A stretch of 58,900 nucleotides of DNA, from NCBI GenBank assembly GCA_000708835.1, contig DF237496.1, positions 1 through 58,900 of the forward strand, read 5' to 3'. Made by a program: the position numbers and the translations under genes. This DNA comes from Klebsormidium nitens. Its lineage: Eukaryota > Plantae > Klebsormidiophyceae. Of the stretch, positions 9,880 through 23,403 are shown one piece after another; the stretch's first letter is position 1, and each line of letters opens with the position of its first letter. The notes below the pieces were generated by a model. The model searched no databases. It was not told the origin of the DNA and saw only the letters and a program-made list of their open reading frames with translations.

Positions 9880-12800
9880 TCAACCCAACGGCAGAGCCTT
9901 TGTCCAGAAGCGTTCCGACGAATTGCGAAAAAATCTTTTCCGTCTTCCGAGCTCCCTCAACACAAGATCAAATGCACCTTTTTCTATCCAACTGTCACTG
10001 TCGTACCGGAACGAATGAGCAGCAGCGCTCAGCGCCGCTTGCTTTCGATCGATGGCATGTTTCGCAACCGTTGAAAGAATGTCGATCAGACCCTGCAGTT
10101 GGTCAATGTCTGCTTTTAGTATCCAGTCAATGTAGTCAAAAGGGATCATCGTGTCATCCGAGTCATCAGCCATGTTTAAGTTCTGCCGCTTGGCTTGTTG
10201 CTTAAAGCTGTCTAGGTGGTTCCCAGAGATACGAGAGGAAAATCCACCCAGTCTTCAGTTAAGCAACGCAACGAAGGAGTGCATGCTTTCCATTTTTCCC
10301 TTAAATCTGAAGATCGTTCCAGGCGCACAGAACAATGGAGAGTGTCCGAGCACTTAAGTCGATTGCAGCATATATACAACTGAGATCTGATTGATATCAC
10401 CAGCTTGCTCTTTACAGATCGCTGACAAGCTCACAAAAAGCGCAAATGTTGGTTATTACAATCGTAGCCTCATATGAAGAGAGTGGGTCATCTTGCGATT
10501 CTGAAGCTGTTCTGTAAGTGTTATGAAGCTGTTAAGTAAACGTTCTCATTCAGAAATGGTCAGCGCTTTCACCAGATTGTTATCATGTTCTTGAAACAAC
10601 TGGAAATCACCTCACCTCTCTGCTAATGTCAGCTTCGACTTTCACAGTAAAATCTGCGTAGTCGAGAAAAGCCTCAAAGGGCAGCTCCGGTGCGTCCCCA
10701 AGCAGCACTGGTATGCACCCCTCGCCGATCGCACCGAAGAACAGCCTGTTAAACTCCCGCCCATTGCAGAGACAGAACTTGCTCTCGAACACCCGTTGCA
10801 GAGCGCAGGAGCCGTGACACGTCAGCGGATCAGACGGCAGGAGCGTGTCCGGAAGGTGAGGGGTTTCGGACAGCCGTTGGATGAGGGGGGAGCCGTCAGT
10901 TCCGTTAGCGGTGGTTTCGAAGAAGAGCAGGTGCGGCCTGGTGGGCGCAACCTCGAAGATGGACCGTTGTCGAGCCTGAAAGAAAGGAATCTTCAAGTCA
11001 AGGAAAACCGATCTTGAAGGAGTATGTACCGAACCGGAAAACTTGATCTCGCGCACATCATTCCATTCCGCAAGGAAGTCCTGGCAGGTAGCCTTCAGTG
11101 ATTCTTAAATCTCCCCAGCCAAAGATTAGTCGAATGGGAGTCGAATGAACGGCTAAATCGCAATGATAAGGGGTTTGAATTCACTCGCATTGACTTTTGC
11201 GATGCAATGGTGGTTGGCTAAGGTAGCTTCGCTTTACAGACTGGATGACGTCGAACGAGTGGTTTCGGAACACAAACGAGTGTCCGCAACCGTCAAGCGC
11301 AGAACTCCACCCAGCGTGAAGATGTGAGCAATACTGAGACCAGTAGCTGCTGCGCTCAAGGAAAGCTTCCAAGGAATCCCGACGTGAACGGAAAAGAGGC
11401 AACAAGCTGTACGTCTCAAGGAGCGGTTTCGGTAAGCTGCTAGTCCCGTTCACTACAGCCAGGTGCATGAAGAAGGTTTGAAGCTGAAGACAGCGACCAC
11501 TTGTGAACCTACCATAGATTTGTCCGACGACGCTCCATTGCTGGGAGGCACGACAATGTCCTTCCAGGTGTCGAAGCGGGATTCGCTTCGCGGAACAGGG
11601 GGCAGCAGGAAGATTGACTTTCTGATGCGAAGAAGATCGTCGTCCTGCAAACCAGGAGCAAGCTTTGAGACGGTGCTGAATGGATTGAGGTTGCCATGGA
11701 AGTCCTGGAGGGAGCTTAGAAGTAGGAGAACGGCGCTCCTGTAGAGCAGCAAAGTCGCTTCTTGCCTTTTGAATGTTTGCAATCCTCAGGAAAGCGATTC
11801 GTGGAGTCGTTTTTTAATTAGACACGCACAGTGGAGATTCTTGAAAGGAAAGACCGTTACAGGAACGAAAAGCGGCTCTTTGAATGCGTTGCAGGCACTT
11901 GGGCCGCATCGTGCTTACCTGGAGCCGTGCACGGCTACTCTCGGATATCAGGAATATGTGGTCTCTCCCTCCAGTCCGGTTCCAGAAGGGAAACTTAGTG
12001 GACAGATCCTCAATGAATGCAGCAAATGGGGTGAAGGGATCCTGGCCTTCTATATGTTCCTCAATGCTGGGATCTGGTACCTGCGATTCAAGGCTAGTTA
12101 CTGTTCTGGAGGAGTGGTTGAATGCACGTGACTACAACCAGTCCTGGCATAGATGCTAGGAATCTAGAGATATAGCCAGAGCAACAAAATCCTCAATTCG
12201 TTAGCGCTAAGTGTTACATATCTTAAAAGCATATGAGATTGAGTTCTTGCTCCATCACCACCAGCCAAATGGTTTGCTCTATTTTACAGCCTGATGGAGT
12301 ACAAGCAATCTGTTCAAGTCGTTGTTGAGTCGGGCAGCATAATGCACACTTGAGCATTCTATATGACCACGCTGACTCTGTGAAAGTGCTTTGCCATTGA
12401 CAGACAGTGGTATATTCTCACCGGAACAAGATAATAGTCTGCCAGCTGAGCATAACCTGTGTACACATTGGACTTGCGTATAAGCTCTGCAATGAGACCG
12501 CCTGTCTGTGCTCTCTGGTCCAGTCGTTCATCGACCAGCCGTATCTTCTGGTCTGATTCAGGCAGCTTCAAGTTGTCGTAAATGAAGACTCGCAGGTTGC
12601 CATATGGTGTGTCCAATCTTGGATTCTTGGAGGTTTTGAAGATATCAAGCCACCGGCGACTAGTTGCAAGGCCTCGGCTCACATGTCCTTTCCTTCCAAG
12701 TCCGCCAGTTATTCCAGCACTAGCAACCTTACCACCAGAGCCATCACCATCTGCCTGCTGAACCAGACTTTGTGCCAATACCCCTTCCTTGGAAGTGACT

Positions 12801-13012
12801 TGTGCTCCAAAGCGTTCGGACCCTAGAATTATCAGATAGGTGCAGATCAGGGTCACAACAACAAAGAGGAAGGTGCATCGAGTCTGCTGTGGGCTTGCAA
12901 AAGCTCGAAGGACCCGCCTTTCGTGCTTCCTCTTTCCCGTCGGATCATCCTCTGAAGCGGGGAAAGGCGTGCCGTCAGGAGAGTTGACTTTTTCTCCTGT
13001 CCCCCTTCTCAT
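9880..13012 (-). CDS. Exostosin-family glycosyltransferase (GT47), type II membrane protein
   Basis: Exons 13012-12422, 12080-11919, 11704-11513, 11080-10616 and a last exon ~10213-9880 whose junction is unresolved. N-terminal TM segment, then LRVFIYD, ADYYLVP, PFWNRTGGRDHIF, FDTWKDIVVPP, SKFCLC, GCIPVLLGDAPELPFEAFLDY, GAFDLVLREL. Confidence 0.88.
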
Positions 13013-14005
13013 CTTTCAGACTGGCACCACTTTACTGTCACCTAGACATGTGGAGAAAGGCAAGGGTCCCGCCTTGCCAAAGGGGGGAGCTCCTAGGTTA
13101 CTGGCTCACCAGAAGGGCATTTTTGGAAGTTAAGTCTTGGCACGGTACGACTAGCAAGCAACAACTGCTTAAGCTCGCTTTCCTTCCGCTTATCCCCTCT
13201 GCAGGCTACAGCTCAGGGCTGAGCTGGCGGAGCTGCTGACAAATTCACTGGCGGAGCTGCTGATAATTCCACTGCAACAACATTTCTCTTTCCGCCACAG
13301 TCCTAGTAGCCTGGCACAGAAGAACGTGTGTCCTAGCCGGCCACTTTGCTGCACGCAAAATGCTGGCTGCTGCGGGATCAGAGTCTGATTCAGACTCACC
13401 ATGCAGTGCTTCGACTCCGAGCCAATGCCGTGAAGCCGACGGTGCAGTGTCGGTATCGGTGTCAACACATCGACGTCGGAAAGCTCGATGTGTCTTGATC
13501 CAACGGCTGATATAAGCTCTTTCAGCGCTGCGCGCGCGATGAATTGCTATTAGGTTAGCAACGCCCGGCACATTCGGCGTTTCTCCAGACTCCACTTTTT
13601 AGAAGTGGAGTATTTTGGCAGCTGAGCAAGGGCGATTGATCAGCAACATGAGGACTCAGACTCAGACTCAGAGGAGCTTTTGGAAAAGAAGGGCGCTGCA
13701 AGTTGTTTGCACACCAGGATGCAGCACTTGGCTCTGAAAAACTTCCTTGCATCAAGCTCTAGACCTTACAGCATGTTCTTCTTTCTCCGGTCAAAGATGG
13801 AGAATTAGGAAGCGATGGAACCACTGGAGCTGCGCACGGCAGTCAAGTGACATACAGAGCCTGCCAGGGGCGTTTTGTCGCGGCTCCTGGGAGGGCTTAC
13901 GTGCAGATTAGGTGGTAGGCCTCTGTTTAAAGCGAAGCTCGCTCCTGCAAAGGCCAGAGTTGGGAGGTAACGGTTGCGGTCAGTAGTAATCAGCGGCAAC
14001 ACCCG
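13013..14005. promoter_or_regulatory. Divergent intergenic region (putative shared promoter) between GT47 and exportin-T
   Basis: Head-to-head start codons at 13012 (-) and 14006 (+). Inferred from geometry only. Confidence 0.4.
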
Positions 14006-17000
14006 ATGGATGATTTTGAGAAGGCTATCTTGTTTAGTTTTGATCAGAGTGGGGCAGTGGACGCCCAGCTCAAGGAGCGCGCTATCGCTTACTGCAATCA
14101 GGCAAAGCTGCAACCGCAGCCCTGGCGCCTGTGCTTACAGCGGTTGATTAGTTCTCAGTATGCTGAGGTCCAGTTCTGGTGCTTACAGACCCTAGAGGAG
14201 ATCATTCGCGGTCAGTATCTGAGTCTAGATAGCTCTGAAAAACTCTTCATCCGGTCCGGAGTGCTCTCAGCCATAATCGAAGTTGGGGAGATCGATGCGC
14301 GGCCCGTCTTTGTGAAGAACAAGCTAGCGCAGATCCTGGTGCTTCTCGTGTACATCGAGTATCCCAATGGGTGGCCCTCCGTCTTCGTTGACCTACTGCA
14401 GGCCCTCAGTCGAGGAGTCTCGGTGGTCGACATGTTCATTAGGGTTCTCATCGACCTCGACGCAGAGGTCGTTAGCTTAGACTTCCCGCGGTCACCAGAC
14501 GAAATTGCGGTTTCAAACCGGATCAAAGATGCGCTGCGGGGTCAATGCATAGGGCAGATCCTGGAGGCGTGCTATAGCCTAGTGGTGGCATACAAAAGCG
14601 TAAATCCTACTTTGGCAGCGGCGACTTTGGAGGCAGTGCAAAAGTATGTGGCGTGGGTTGACATCGGGCTCGTGGCAAATGAGCGCTTTGTGCCACTCTT
14701 ATTCGGGTTTCTGGCGTCGGCGGCCGAGCCATTCAAATTGCGGGGGGCTGCGTCTGACTGCCTCCTCGCAATTGTGTCGAAGAAGATGGATGGAGTGGCC
14801 AAGCTGGCGCTGCTAAGGAGGTTGCAGATTGTGGAGGTCTGCAAGGGGTTGACCGACGTGAAGGACGCGGAGTTTGCGCTGAAGCTGACGGAGCTGCTCA
14901 CAGGACTTGCAGAGGAACTGCTGGAGTGCCACCGGGTACGGAATTCTGCAATTGTGGTTGACAAAGTTGTTTCAAATGTTGTTTCAAAGAGAGGTCTCGG
15001 AAAGCTTCTGAACGCTTTCAGATTCAGTTGCTTTTGGTACTTCAGGTTTCCGTAAGCGTCTGGCGCCTTAATCTGTTGTCCTTCCTTGCTGGATGCTTTT
15101 GCAGTCCAAGATTTGGTAATGGTTTTACAAGATTTTGATCATATGATGGTCAGCGGGTTGCCCCTAGGGTTTATGCTATATGAAGCAGTGCACGGATTGT
15201 CCATTTCACAAACAAGGAGTGATGGCTGATTCAAAAATTCTGCAAATTACAGGTTGGTGGTACATCCTTCTGTTTCGCGTAATCAAATCCAGTCAGCCAA
15301 TTCGCTATACCAAACCCGCGAAACCCTTGCTGGTCAGAGTGAAGGTTGCGGCCAGAACTATCATATTTTCTGCATAAGCAGAGGGGTACTCATTTGGTTC
15401 TGCGGATGCTTTTGAGAGTGACAAAAGTGCGGCTGATGATTAAAGTATACGAGAAAATGTGGTCAAACCATATAATCCTGATCAATTGGACATCCATATG
15501 AAGGTGTCCAGGGCTATGCTTTTTAGGAACTTTTGGATACTTCGTGAAGCGAGATGCACCAAAATTCTGTGATTGCCGATTCATTGAGACCCCACAATGG
15601 TGCTAGCAGGTTCTGACATCAATCAATCACATGCGCCTCTTCAGGTGCTCACATTGTGCAACATTCGGACGCCAAGTGTCCGACAGCTTTGATTGCATGA
15701 GGTCTAAAAGAGGGTGCGGCGTGGTGATTGAAACTTCTGCACCTTGCAGAAAATTGAAGTAAGCACCAGTACGGATGCTGCGGAGAAGGCCGGCGCGCTG
15801 GCGGCAGTGACGGAGATGATGGACGATGTGCTTCCGGCAGTGTTCTACTTCTTGGAACACGGGGATGAGGACATCTCCTCGACGACATTCCAGGTAGGCG
15901 CTACGTTGTGTAGACCTTGAGTGGCGCTCTTCATCAGTTAAGTTTGGGTTGTAACGACCTAGTTTGCAATAGCTACTAGAAATATTTTGTGCCAGTTGAC
16001 GGCATGGCAGGGACGGAAGTCTGTAGCATTTGGCTTCTTTAAGGAGGTTATGGTTCTTTGCAATGGAAGAGTAACGCCTATGTTAGTAACCACCTTTGCA
16101 AAAGCAGCGGGTCTTTCAGTTGTCCTTGCAATGGAAGTTACATTGGACACAAAAGTTCTGCGAGGGGCTTGAAGCTCAGGGCATCTGTAGCATGAGGGAT
16201 TGGTTTACCTGGATAATAATGGGTCAGCCTCGTTTCCAAACATCAGGGTGTGGCTTCGACAGGGAGGCTCTTAGCGAATTCGTATGCCCCCATGTATCCC
16301 CCCATTCCGTCACCGAGGCCATCGTCCTTGTTGTTAAGTTGACCCGAGTAGTACCGAGCTGGAGAGTTGGAATAACTTGAGGAGCGTTACGCACAGGCGG
16401 TGGTCCCTGCATCACCCATTGCTAGTTGCTGATTTGAAGATTGTTTCGCTCCCGCATGCCAGTGAGACATGCGAAGTAGAAGACTCCTTCGCCGCTCACC
16501 TGCTTCCGGTTGGGAGCTTTGGTATACTGATCGAAATCTCTTGAAATCTTGCCCTGTGCAAACGAGGGTGCAGGTCCCTCGAGGTTTCCCGTTCTCTTTA
16601 AACAGCCACCAGATTCAAGACCCTTTTTCTCGCTACAGTTCTTGCAAGCGTACGTGGGCCGCATCAAGCGGGGCAGCCAGCTGAGCAAGAAGCAGGGGGA
16701 GCATCTGAGCCAGCTGCTAGGGGTGCTGCGCAGCAGGATGCGCTATGAGGATGGGGCCATGGGCACCCTCGAACAGGTGCGCATGCTTCCTCCGAAAGGC
16801 CTTGTGTCCTTTTGTCGCCATGGACATCTGCGGGATTCGAACACGAGGCTTCCTTTGAAAATGTTTTGTTGATCAAGTACAAGCTATGACAGGGCTTTTG
16901 TTGTAATTGATGTGTCTGGGGCAGGGCGGCCCGTGCCGGGAAGGAGACTCGAGCTTTCTCTGCCAAGAAGACGGTTAGCAGGCTGATGCAAAACAGGCCC

Positions 17001-20000
17001 GGAAAGAACTATGTAAATGGCTGAGTTGCCTGAGCGAGGGCTTGAAACGCCAAAGCCGAGCTTCGTCTGCGCAACGGGAAGTCTCGGCATGACTCCTGCA
17101 CTCGCCCAGAGCTTACACGGACTCGTGCTTTTTGATCTTCGGTTGAAAATTAACGGCTTAGTTGACAAGAGCGGCGGTATCTCTGCTGCAGTTGGACGCT
17201 AAAGCCGCCGAGGAGGAGGACCGAATGGCCGAGTACCGGCGGGATCTGTTCATCGTACTGCGGAGCATCTCCAAAATTGCGCCCGAAGTCACGCGCGGGT
17301 TCGTGCAGTCGAACTTGCTGACGGTGCTGGGGAACAAGGATGCATCCGCAGAGGACGTAGAGGTGAGATTTCGGGGACTGTTTGGGATGAACAGAGCCAT
17401 ATTTTGATGTCTGAAGTGTATGGCATACAGCGACCCCGCAAATATCGTCGCAGCCGCAATAAGTAGTGTAGAGCAGCCTTGGGAGATTCCAAGTTGATCA
17501 AATTCGACGTGCTGTCCAATGCTACCCCTCTCGGGTTTGACGGCGGAATGCAGGGGACACTATATGCTCGCTAAGCGGCGCTTTCGTGATGACATGCTAT
17601 TGTCAACGATTCGGTGGTTGGAAGTAGGAAAATTACGCCATGGGTTTCGCAGACACCGCTTTCTTCCTCTGTTCAACAAAATCTTGTCGGGATAGTTTCC
17701 TTCCGATGGGGTCTTTTTGTATGTGTGGTCTTTTCTGTGGCTGGCGGAATTCACCGTCGATTTGCGTTCAAACTGATGTCTTAAGGCTTTAGCCACCGCT
17801 TACACACCTCAAATTGGCGTCTGCAGGGCGCAGTCCAGCTTTTGTACCAGTTGGGCGAGCAGATCAACGAAGAGACACTCAAGTCGGGCCCCGGGGGCCT
17901 CGGCGATATGCTCGAAGCGCTCCTGTCCTCCAAAGTCCCACACCATGCGCACCGGGTGAGGCTCGTATGGCTGAATCTCAAATACTTGCCCTGTCTTACA
18001 TTCTTAGCAGGCTTTCTCCCTGAGTTGAGGACTGATTCAGAACCACGGCGCTTCAGTTCCCGATGGAGTTTACAGGTCTGGAGGTCGATTGAGGGAACGC
18101 TCAAGGGGCGTTTTGGAGTCACGAATCTGAGGCAGGACAGGACCTCACGGCTGTCAGGCTTCACTGAAGCGTCCAGCAAAGGGCGCTGACTTCGAGAACC
18201 GAGTCTGTTATTTGCTGCTGAATCATGAATGGGAAGCTGTCTGCGAGTGCTGTGAAGTCTCCGTCACCCAAAAGAGGAGTGTTCTGCTTTTTGCAGGTCA
18301 TTGCGCAGCTGTACCTCGAAACCGTCGTCCGATACGTCCGCTTCGTAGAGCAACGTCCGCAGTACATCCCTCCAGTCTTGTCGGTGTTTCTGGACGCTAG
18401 GGGCGTTCACCACCCAGACGCAGGGGTCCGAAGGTGAGGCCCCAAATGAGCAGGGTCTCTAGTTGCCGCACCCGAGAATGGCTTTCATCGCCGATTGCAT
18501 CAATTGCAAATGGCAGTCTGTTGAATGCTGCCGGCTCATGTTCCAGTCGGGACAAGTACTCGGGCGGAGCGGGAGAAGGTCGAGCCGATGTTTTTGTTGC
18601 CTTTCGCATCTGCTGCTGACGTCAATAATGTTCGTCCGCTGTTGCCTTCCGAGTCGCTTTCTTTAGCATCTCAGGGTGTATTCGCAAGGTCGCAGGACTC
18701 CTCGTGCAATGGCTTCTCAGTCTTCGTCGATTGCGCCAGGCTTTGATTGACTGCTACCTTCTGTTGGTTGCATCGTGCATGCGTAGCTAAAGCTGACACG
18801 TGTCAATCTGGTGGTGCAGTCGCGCGAGCTACCTCTTCATGAGGCTAGTAAAAGTGCTGCGCCTGCAGCTCCAACCTTTTGTAGATACAATCCTTCAGGC
18901 AAGTAGCTGTCCTCTCTTTCTGTTCGTTGAATCTTTGTTTTGTGACACAAGCATGCACGTCTTCAAAATCGGCTTCGGTATGTTGGGGCCCAAATGACCG
19001 CTGCATAAAACCGACTTTGTTTATACTGCGTTTCTTCCGGCAGAGCAACATTCATGCAGCGTCACAAAACGCATGGAGGAAGTGTTGGACCTGGGATTGT
19101 GCACTAGCAATTACTGTATGTTTTTCAGGGGCGATTGCGCCATCGTTAGTGCAAAACCCCGTACGAGTCTGTTATATTCGACGCCCGTCTCCCGGGCATC
19201 CGCCTTGCCCAAGGTTTTCATAGCACGCTGTTCAACGCCTCGCTCCCTCTAGAGTGCCAGATTGACTTCCTCCTTTTGGTTGTGCAGAGTTTAGAAGACC
19301 TTTTAGAGGCCATCACCACCAGCGAGTCGGTGCCCAGCAAAGGCGACGGCACAGACGAGCGCCTGTACATCTTCGAGGTACGTCTCTGTGGCGACTACAG
19401 TGACTTTCCCTGCTCTGGAAGAGCCAATTTAGAGCTGTAGAGGCCGATTTAGGGCACAGTGGTTATTTTGGCGTTGTGACCCAGCCGTGAGGACGGCGTG
19501 TTGGTTTACTTTCTTGTAAACCCCTGCTTCAAAGAGCGGCCATCGTGAAACCTTCTTGCAAGACCAAGAAAGAAGGCATGCCCTCTCTTCGCCTTCGTGT
19601 TTCAACGACCGAGTAACTTGCAGTCCTTCTACTTGATCTCCGATGTTTCTTGTGTCCCTCTTCTTATTCTCGTCTGAGTGATCTCAAGAAAGAAACTTCG
19701 AGCTGCAACAATGGTAGTGTAACCGCACTGGTGCAAGGAGGGTCAGTTCAGGATAGGGTGGCTAGGGATGCGGAGGGAGTTACATTTTTCGGCTACGAAT
19801 CGGCGCATCATTTGGAGCTTATCGATTGTGCCGTATCATCATCTTTTCTGGGTTTCGTGTCTGTCTTCCCGCAGGCCATCGGCCTTCTCGTCGGCGTAGA
19901 CGAGGTCCCCTCTGCGAAGCAGCAGGAGTATCTCACTGCGCTCCTGGGCCCGCTGTTCCAGCAACTAGAGTCGGTGCTCGCGAGCATCCCGGCGGGCGAT

Positions 20001-23000
20001 CTAGAAGGCCCCGCGACGGCCGTCAACACTCTGCAGCAAGTTATTCTTGCCATAGCGTACCTGAGCAAGGGGTTCGGGGAGCATTTGGCGGCGAATAAGC
20101 GGCCGGAGATCGGGGCCAACTTTAAGCAGGTGAGGAAATGAGATTGGTAACTTTTTCTGTGTTGGGTGCGTTTTAGAAGGCAGGAATGACAGGAGAGGGC
20201 GGGAGAAGAGACGGTAGCAAACCTTAGTGCAAGCGTAGGGGAGAAAGCCATTACAGGCATTGGGGCGGAAGCTGTTTATTTTCATTCGGCACTGCACTGT
20301 GGCGAACCGCAACTCACGACTTCCAGCTAGCTTGAAAACCGGGACAATCGTTTGTCATGGCTTTTCACCAGTCCAAAGGCTTGTCCCGGGAGTTGGTGCG
20401 GCTAGTAAGCTTGTTTTACTTGTCTTCTGCAAGGACCCTGCGCTAATTGCAGGCGGATGATACCTTTTTCTGTAATCCTGTGGATCAAGCCTGCCTAGGC
20501 CATGCTAACACCGTGTCTCGTTGCTGACGAGCAAAGATTGTGTGTCAAGGGTTTGTATCTCACTTCGTTCGTTCATGCTGCAGGCACTGGAAAAAGCTCT
20601 AAAGGCTCTGCAAAGACTGCCAAAGAACAAGAGTTTACGTAGCAGGGTGAGTTGCAAACCCCATCGGGCTTTCATTACTTATAATTGTGGACTTTATTGC
20701 AACATGCAGGCGTTCACATCAGCTTTGAATGACTATCTCGTGTGAGGCTTTATCCGGTCTCTTCTCTTGAGTGTCTGTTTTACTTACAGAAGACCATCTT
20801 TTTTTGTTCTTAGCTTGGATCCACTTTGTGGTTTTGCGCACCCTTATGTTTGCTTCACTTTATTGGTCTTCAGTCTGATGTATTTCTAAGCACGCTCCGT
20901 GTTCTCGTACAGGTAATCTCTTTCGTGCATCGCATGGTCGAGTGTTTAGGGACCAACATTTTCCCGCTGCTCCCAGCCGCCATCCAGCAGCTTTTAGTTG
21001 ATTGCGAGGTAAGGCGCGTTGAGTTGGTTCGAAACTGTGGCTTATTCAAACGGCATACTCCCAGGCTAGGCTTTCATTGAACCGCATGCTTTTTCGCAGT
21101 GCTCGGCTTGAAATCAATGGCGAAAGTGCCATTCTTGTAAATGTGCATCTGGCGACAGCAAGTTCTTGAGCCATTTTAAGCTGGCTCGATGGGAATGCTT
21201 CGGCGCGAGCAGGAGCAATGAACTCTGATGCCCGCTGGGTTACACAACGGAGATTGAGTTTAAAGATCAGACCGACCGAGAACGACGAGCGTCGTGGATG
21301 ATTGTGTGCCGCTGGATTCTCAGGTTGGGTGCTCGTGCCAAGGGAATTACCTTTTTCTTCCCATCAGTAGACGGAGCACCTCGCAGCCTGGCGTGGGCTT
21401 CTCATCTGCATACGATCAAACGGCGAACCATGCTTTCGAAGTCTTTCCTCTCTCACGAGCGCCTCTACCAAACCCTTTGTTTTCGCCCCAGGCCAAAGAC
21501 ATGATGGAGTTCATCCAGCTGGCAAATCAGCTGATGGCCAAGTTCAAGGCCGCCGTGAGCCCGCTGCTGGTGGAGCTCCTGCCGGCGATCGTGGCGCGTG
21601 TTTTCGCTCTAGTTCCCGATGGGGGGCTTCCGGAGGGACCGGGGACCAACACCGAGGTGAGGGCAAACGCAAAAGCGTTGACGTCTTTGCTTTTCTGCGC
21701 TAGGAGTCGGCGAACCTGACAGCAGTGTCACAGATATTGTGTCGCCTAAAGCCGATACATGGTTCCTACTGTCTTGTTCATACAGATTGGGGACCTCGTT
21801 TAGGCTGTCAATCATCCACTCGAGCGGGCTTGAGAGTCCTTCTCTCTCAGAGCCATGAAAGGATCGCCCTCGGATGCAACCTGGCGAGCCTCTTGTACTT
21901 TGAGACCGTCGCCTTTGACGACGTTACACGCTCTGGCAATGGTTACCGAAAATTGGCGCCCACTTTTGTGGCCGTCCAGTCCGTTGAGCAGGCTCCAAGG
22001 TCTGCAAACGAAGCAGAAAGTTTTGCGGCTTTTGACGGGCGGATCTGACATGCGTCTCCTTTCCCCCTCCGACTCTGTGCAGCTCGTATCATACATACGG
22101 TACCTAGCACATCATAGCTTATCCGTATCCGCTTCTATCTGCAGGACATTCGGGAGCAGCGGGACCTGTACCGGTTATACTTGACCTTCATCCAAACCAT
22201 CACGGCCAACGCCCTGACGTCGGCCTTCCTCACCCCTCAAAACAGTCAGTGCCTGACGAAAGTCATGACCACGTTAGTCGAGGGCGCCCGAGCCCACGCG
22301 GACATGACCGTCAGAAAGGTGAGGAGCTTTCGTCGCCTATCCTCTTCTTTTCTGATGACAGGCGATGTCACAAGAACGGTTGGATAATGTAAGGGGCCAT
22401 TCGTGGATAAGGGCTTGAAGGTTCAGCTTGAAGCCAATCGCTTTTCACACGTCCGTCAGCGTTCGCTTATTTGGGCTCCGTGCTTTCACTAGAATGCAGT
22501 CCAAAGCCTGCCGAAAATCTGCGGTCTTTGCCCTTTCGCGTTCATCGGTCTGCGGACAAAAGTGGGCGGCAAACAGACTGACTCAGGACAGGGTTTGCAC
22601 ACCTCGATCAGTCGACGGCTGTGCTGCTTTACGAAAGTTGCTGATTTCTTCCTTGCTCTTCCGCAGATCTGCTTACAGTGCCTCGTCAAGTTCGCCCAAG
22701 AGTGGTGCGGGAGTGGCGCCGAGCCGGAAAAGGTCCCCGGCTTCCGCCGCTTCGTCATCGAACAGGTCGGCCCCGAGTGCTGCATCTACAGCATGATGCG
22801 GCCCGCCTTCAACCTCCGGGACGCCAGTTCCGTCGTTCTCTTTGGGGAAATTGTGTCAGCGCAGAAAGCGCTATACGAGAAGTGTGGCGACGACTTTTTG
22901 GTGCACCTCGCGACGGTCGCGCTGCCTGCGGTGCATTGCCCGTCCAACGTCGCGGAACAGTACTGCCTGCACTTGCAGCGGTCGGACGTGAAGCAGATCA

Positions 23001-23068
23001 AAGCCTTTTTGAAACCAGTCATCGAGCAGCTTAGACCGCTGCAAAACGGCAGCCTCGGGTACGGATAG
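14006..23068 (+). CDS. PSD: Exportin-T (tRNA nuclear export receptor, PAUSED/Los1/XPOT), 14 exons
   Basis: Exons 14006-14935, 15750-15893, 16639-16776, 17192-17362, 17827-17955, 18297-18433, 18820-18898, 19288-19377, 19875-20129, 20584-20646, 20913-21008, 21492-21656, 22145-22318, 22667-23068. N-terminus MDDFEKAILFSFDQSGAVDAQLK...VQFWCLQTL and SRASYLFMR resemble plant PAUSED. Confidence 0.93.
18899..19287 (+). other. GC-AG intron in exportin-T
   Basis: CTTCAG|GCAAGT donor. Only this site joins PFVDTILQ in frame to SLEDLL; the GT 4 nt downstream shifts the frame. Confidence 0.8.
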
Positions 23069-23339
23069 CAGATGTAGGTCGGGCGTAGCAGCGGATAGGC
23101 GTAGGACAGGTTGTCGAATCTAGGTATCAGTCGAAGAGGGATAGACATCAGTTGCATAGGCGAATCAATTGTCTGATCCAATTTGTCTAGATTATCTGAA
23201 TGAAATGAATCGTTGATCGTTCCTGTAGATCAGACAATCGAATGCACTAGCTCAACATGTGGTGCAGGTTCAAACAGGGAGTGAGCTTCTTTCCTTGCAA
23301 ATGGGAGTGAATTCTGCAGAGTTGATTCCAACATGCGCT

Positions 23340-23403
23340 GGATGTATTGCAACTTGGAAGTGCTTGATCACGGATGTATTGCAACTTGGAAGTGCTTGAT
23401 CAC
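23340..23403. repeat. Perfect 32-bp tandem duplication downstream of exportin-T
   Basis: GGATGTATTGCAACTTGGAAGTGCTTGATCAC twice. Confidence 0.95.
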
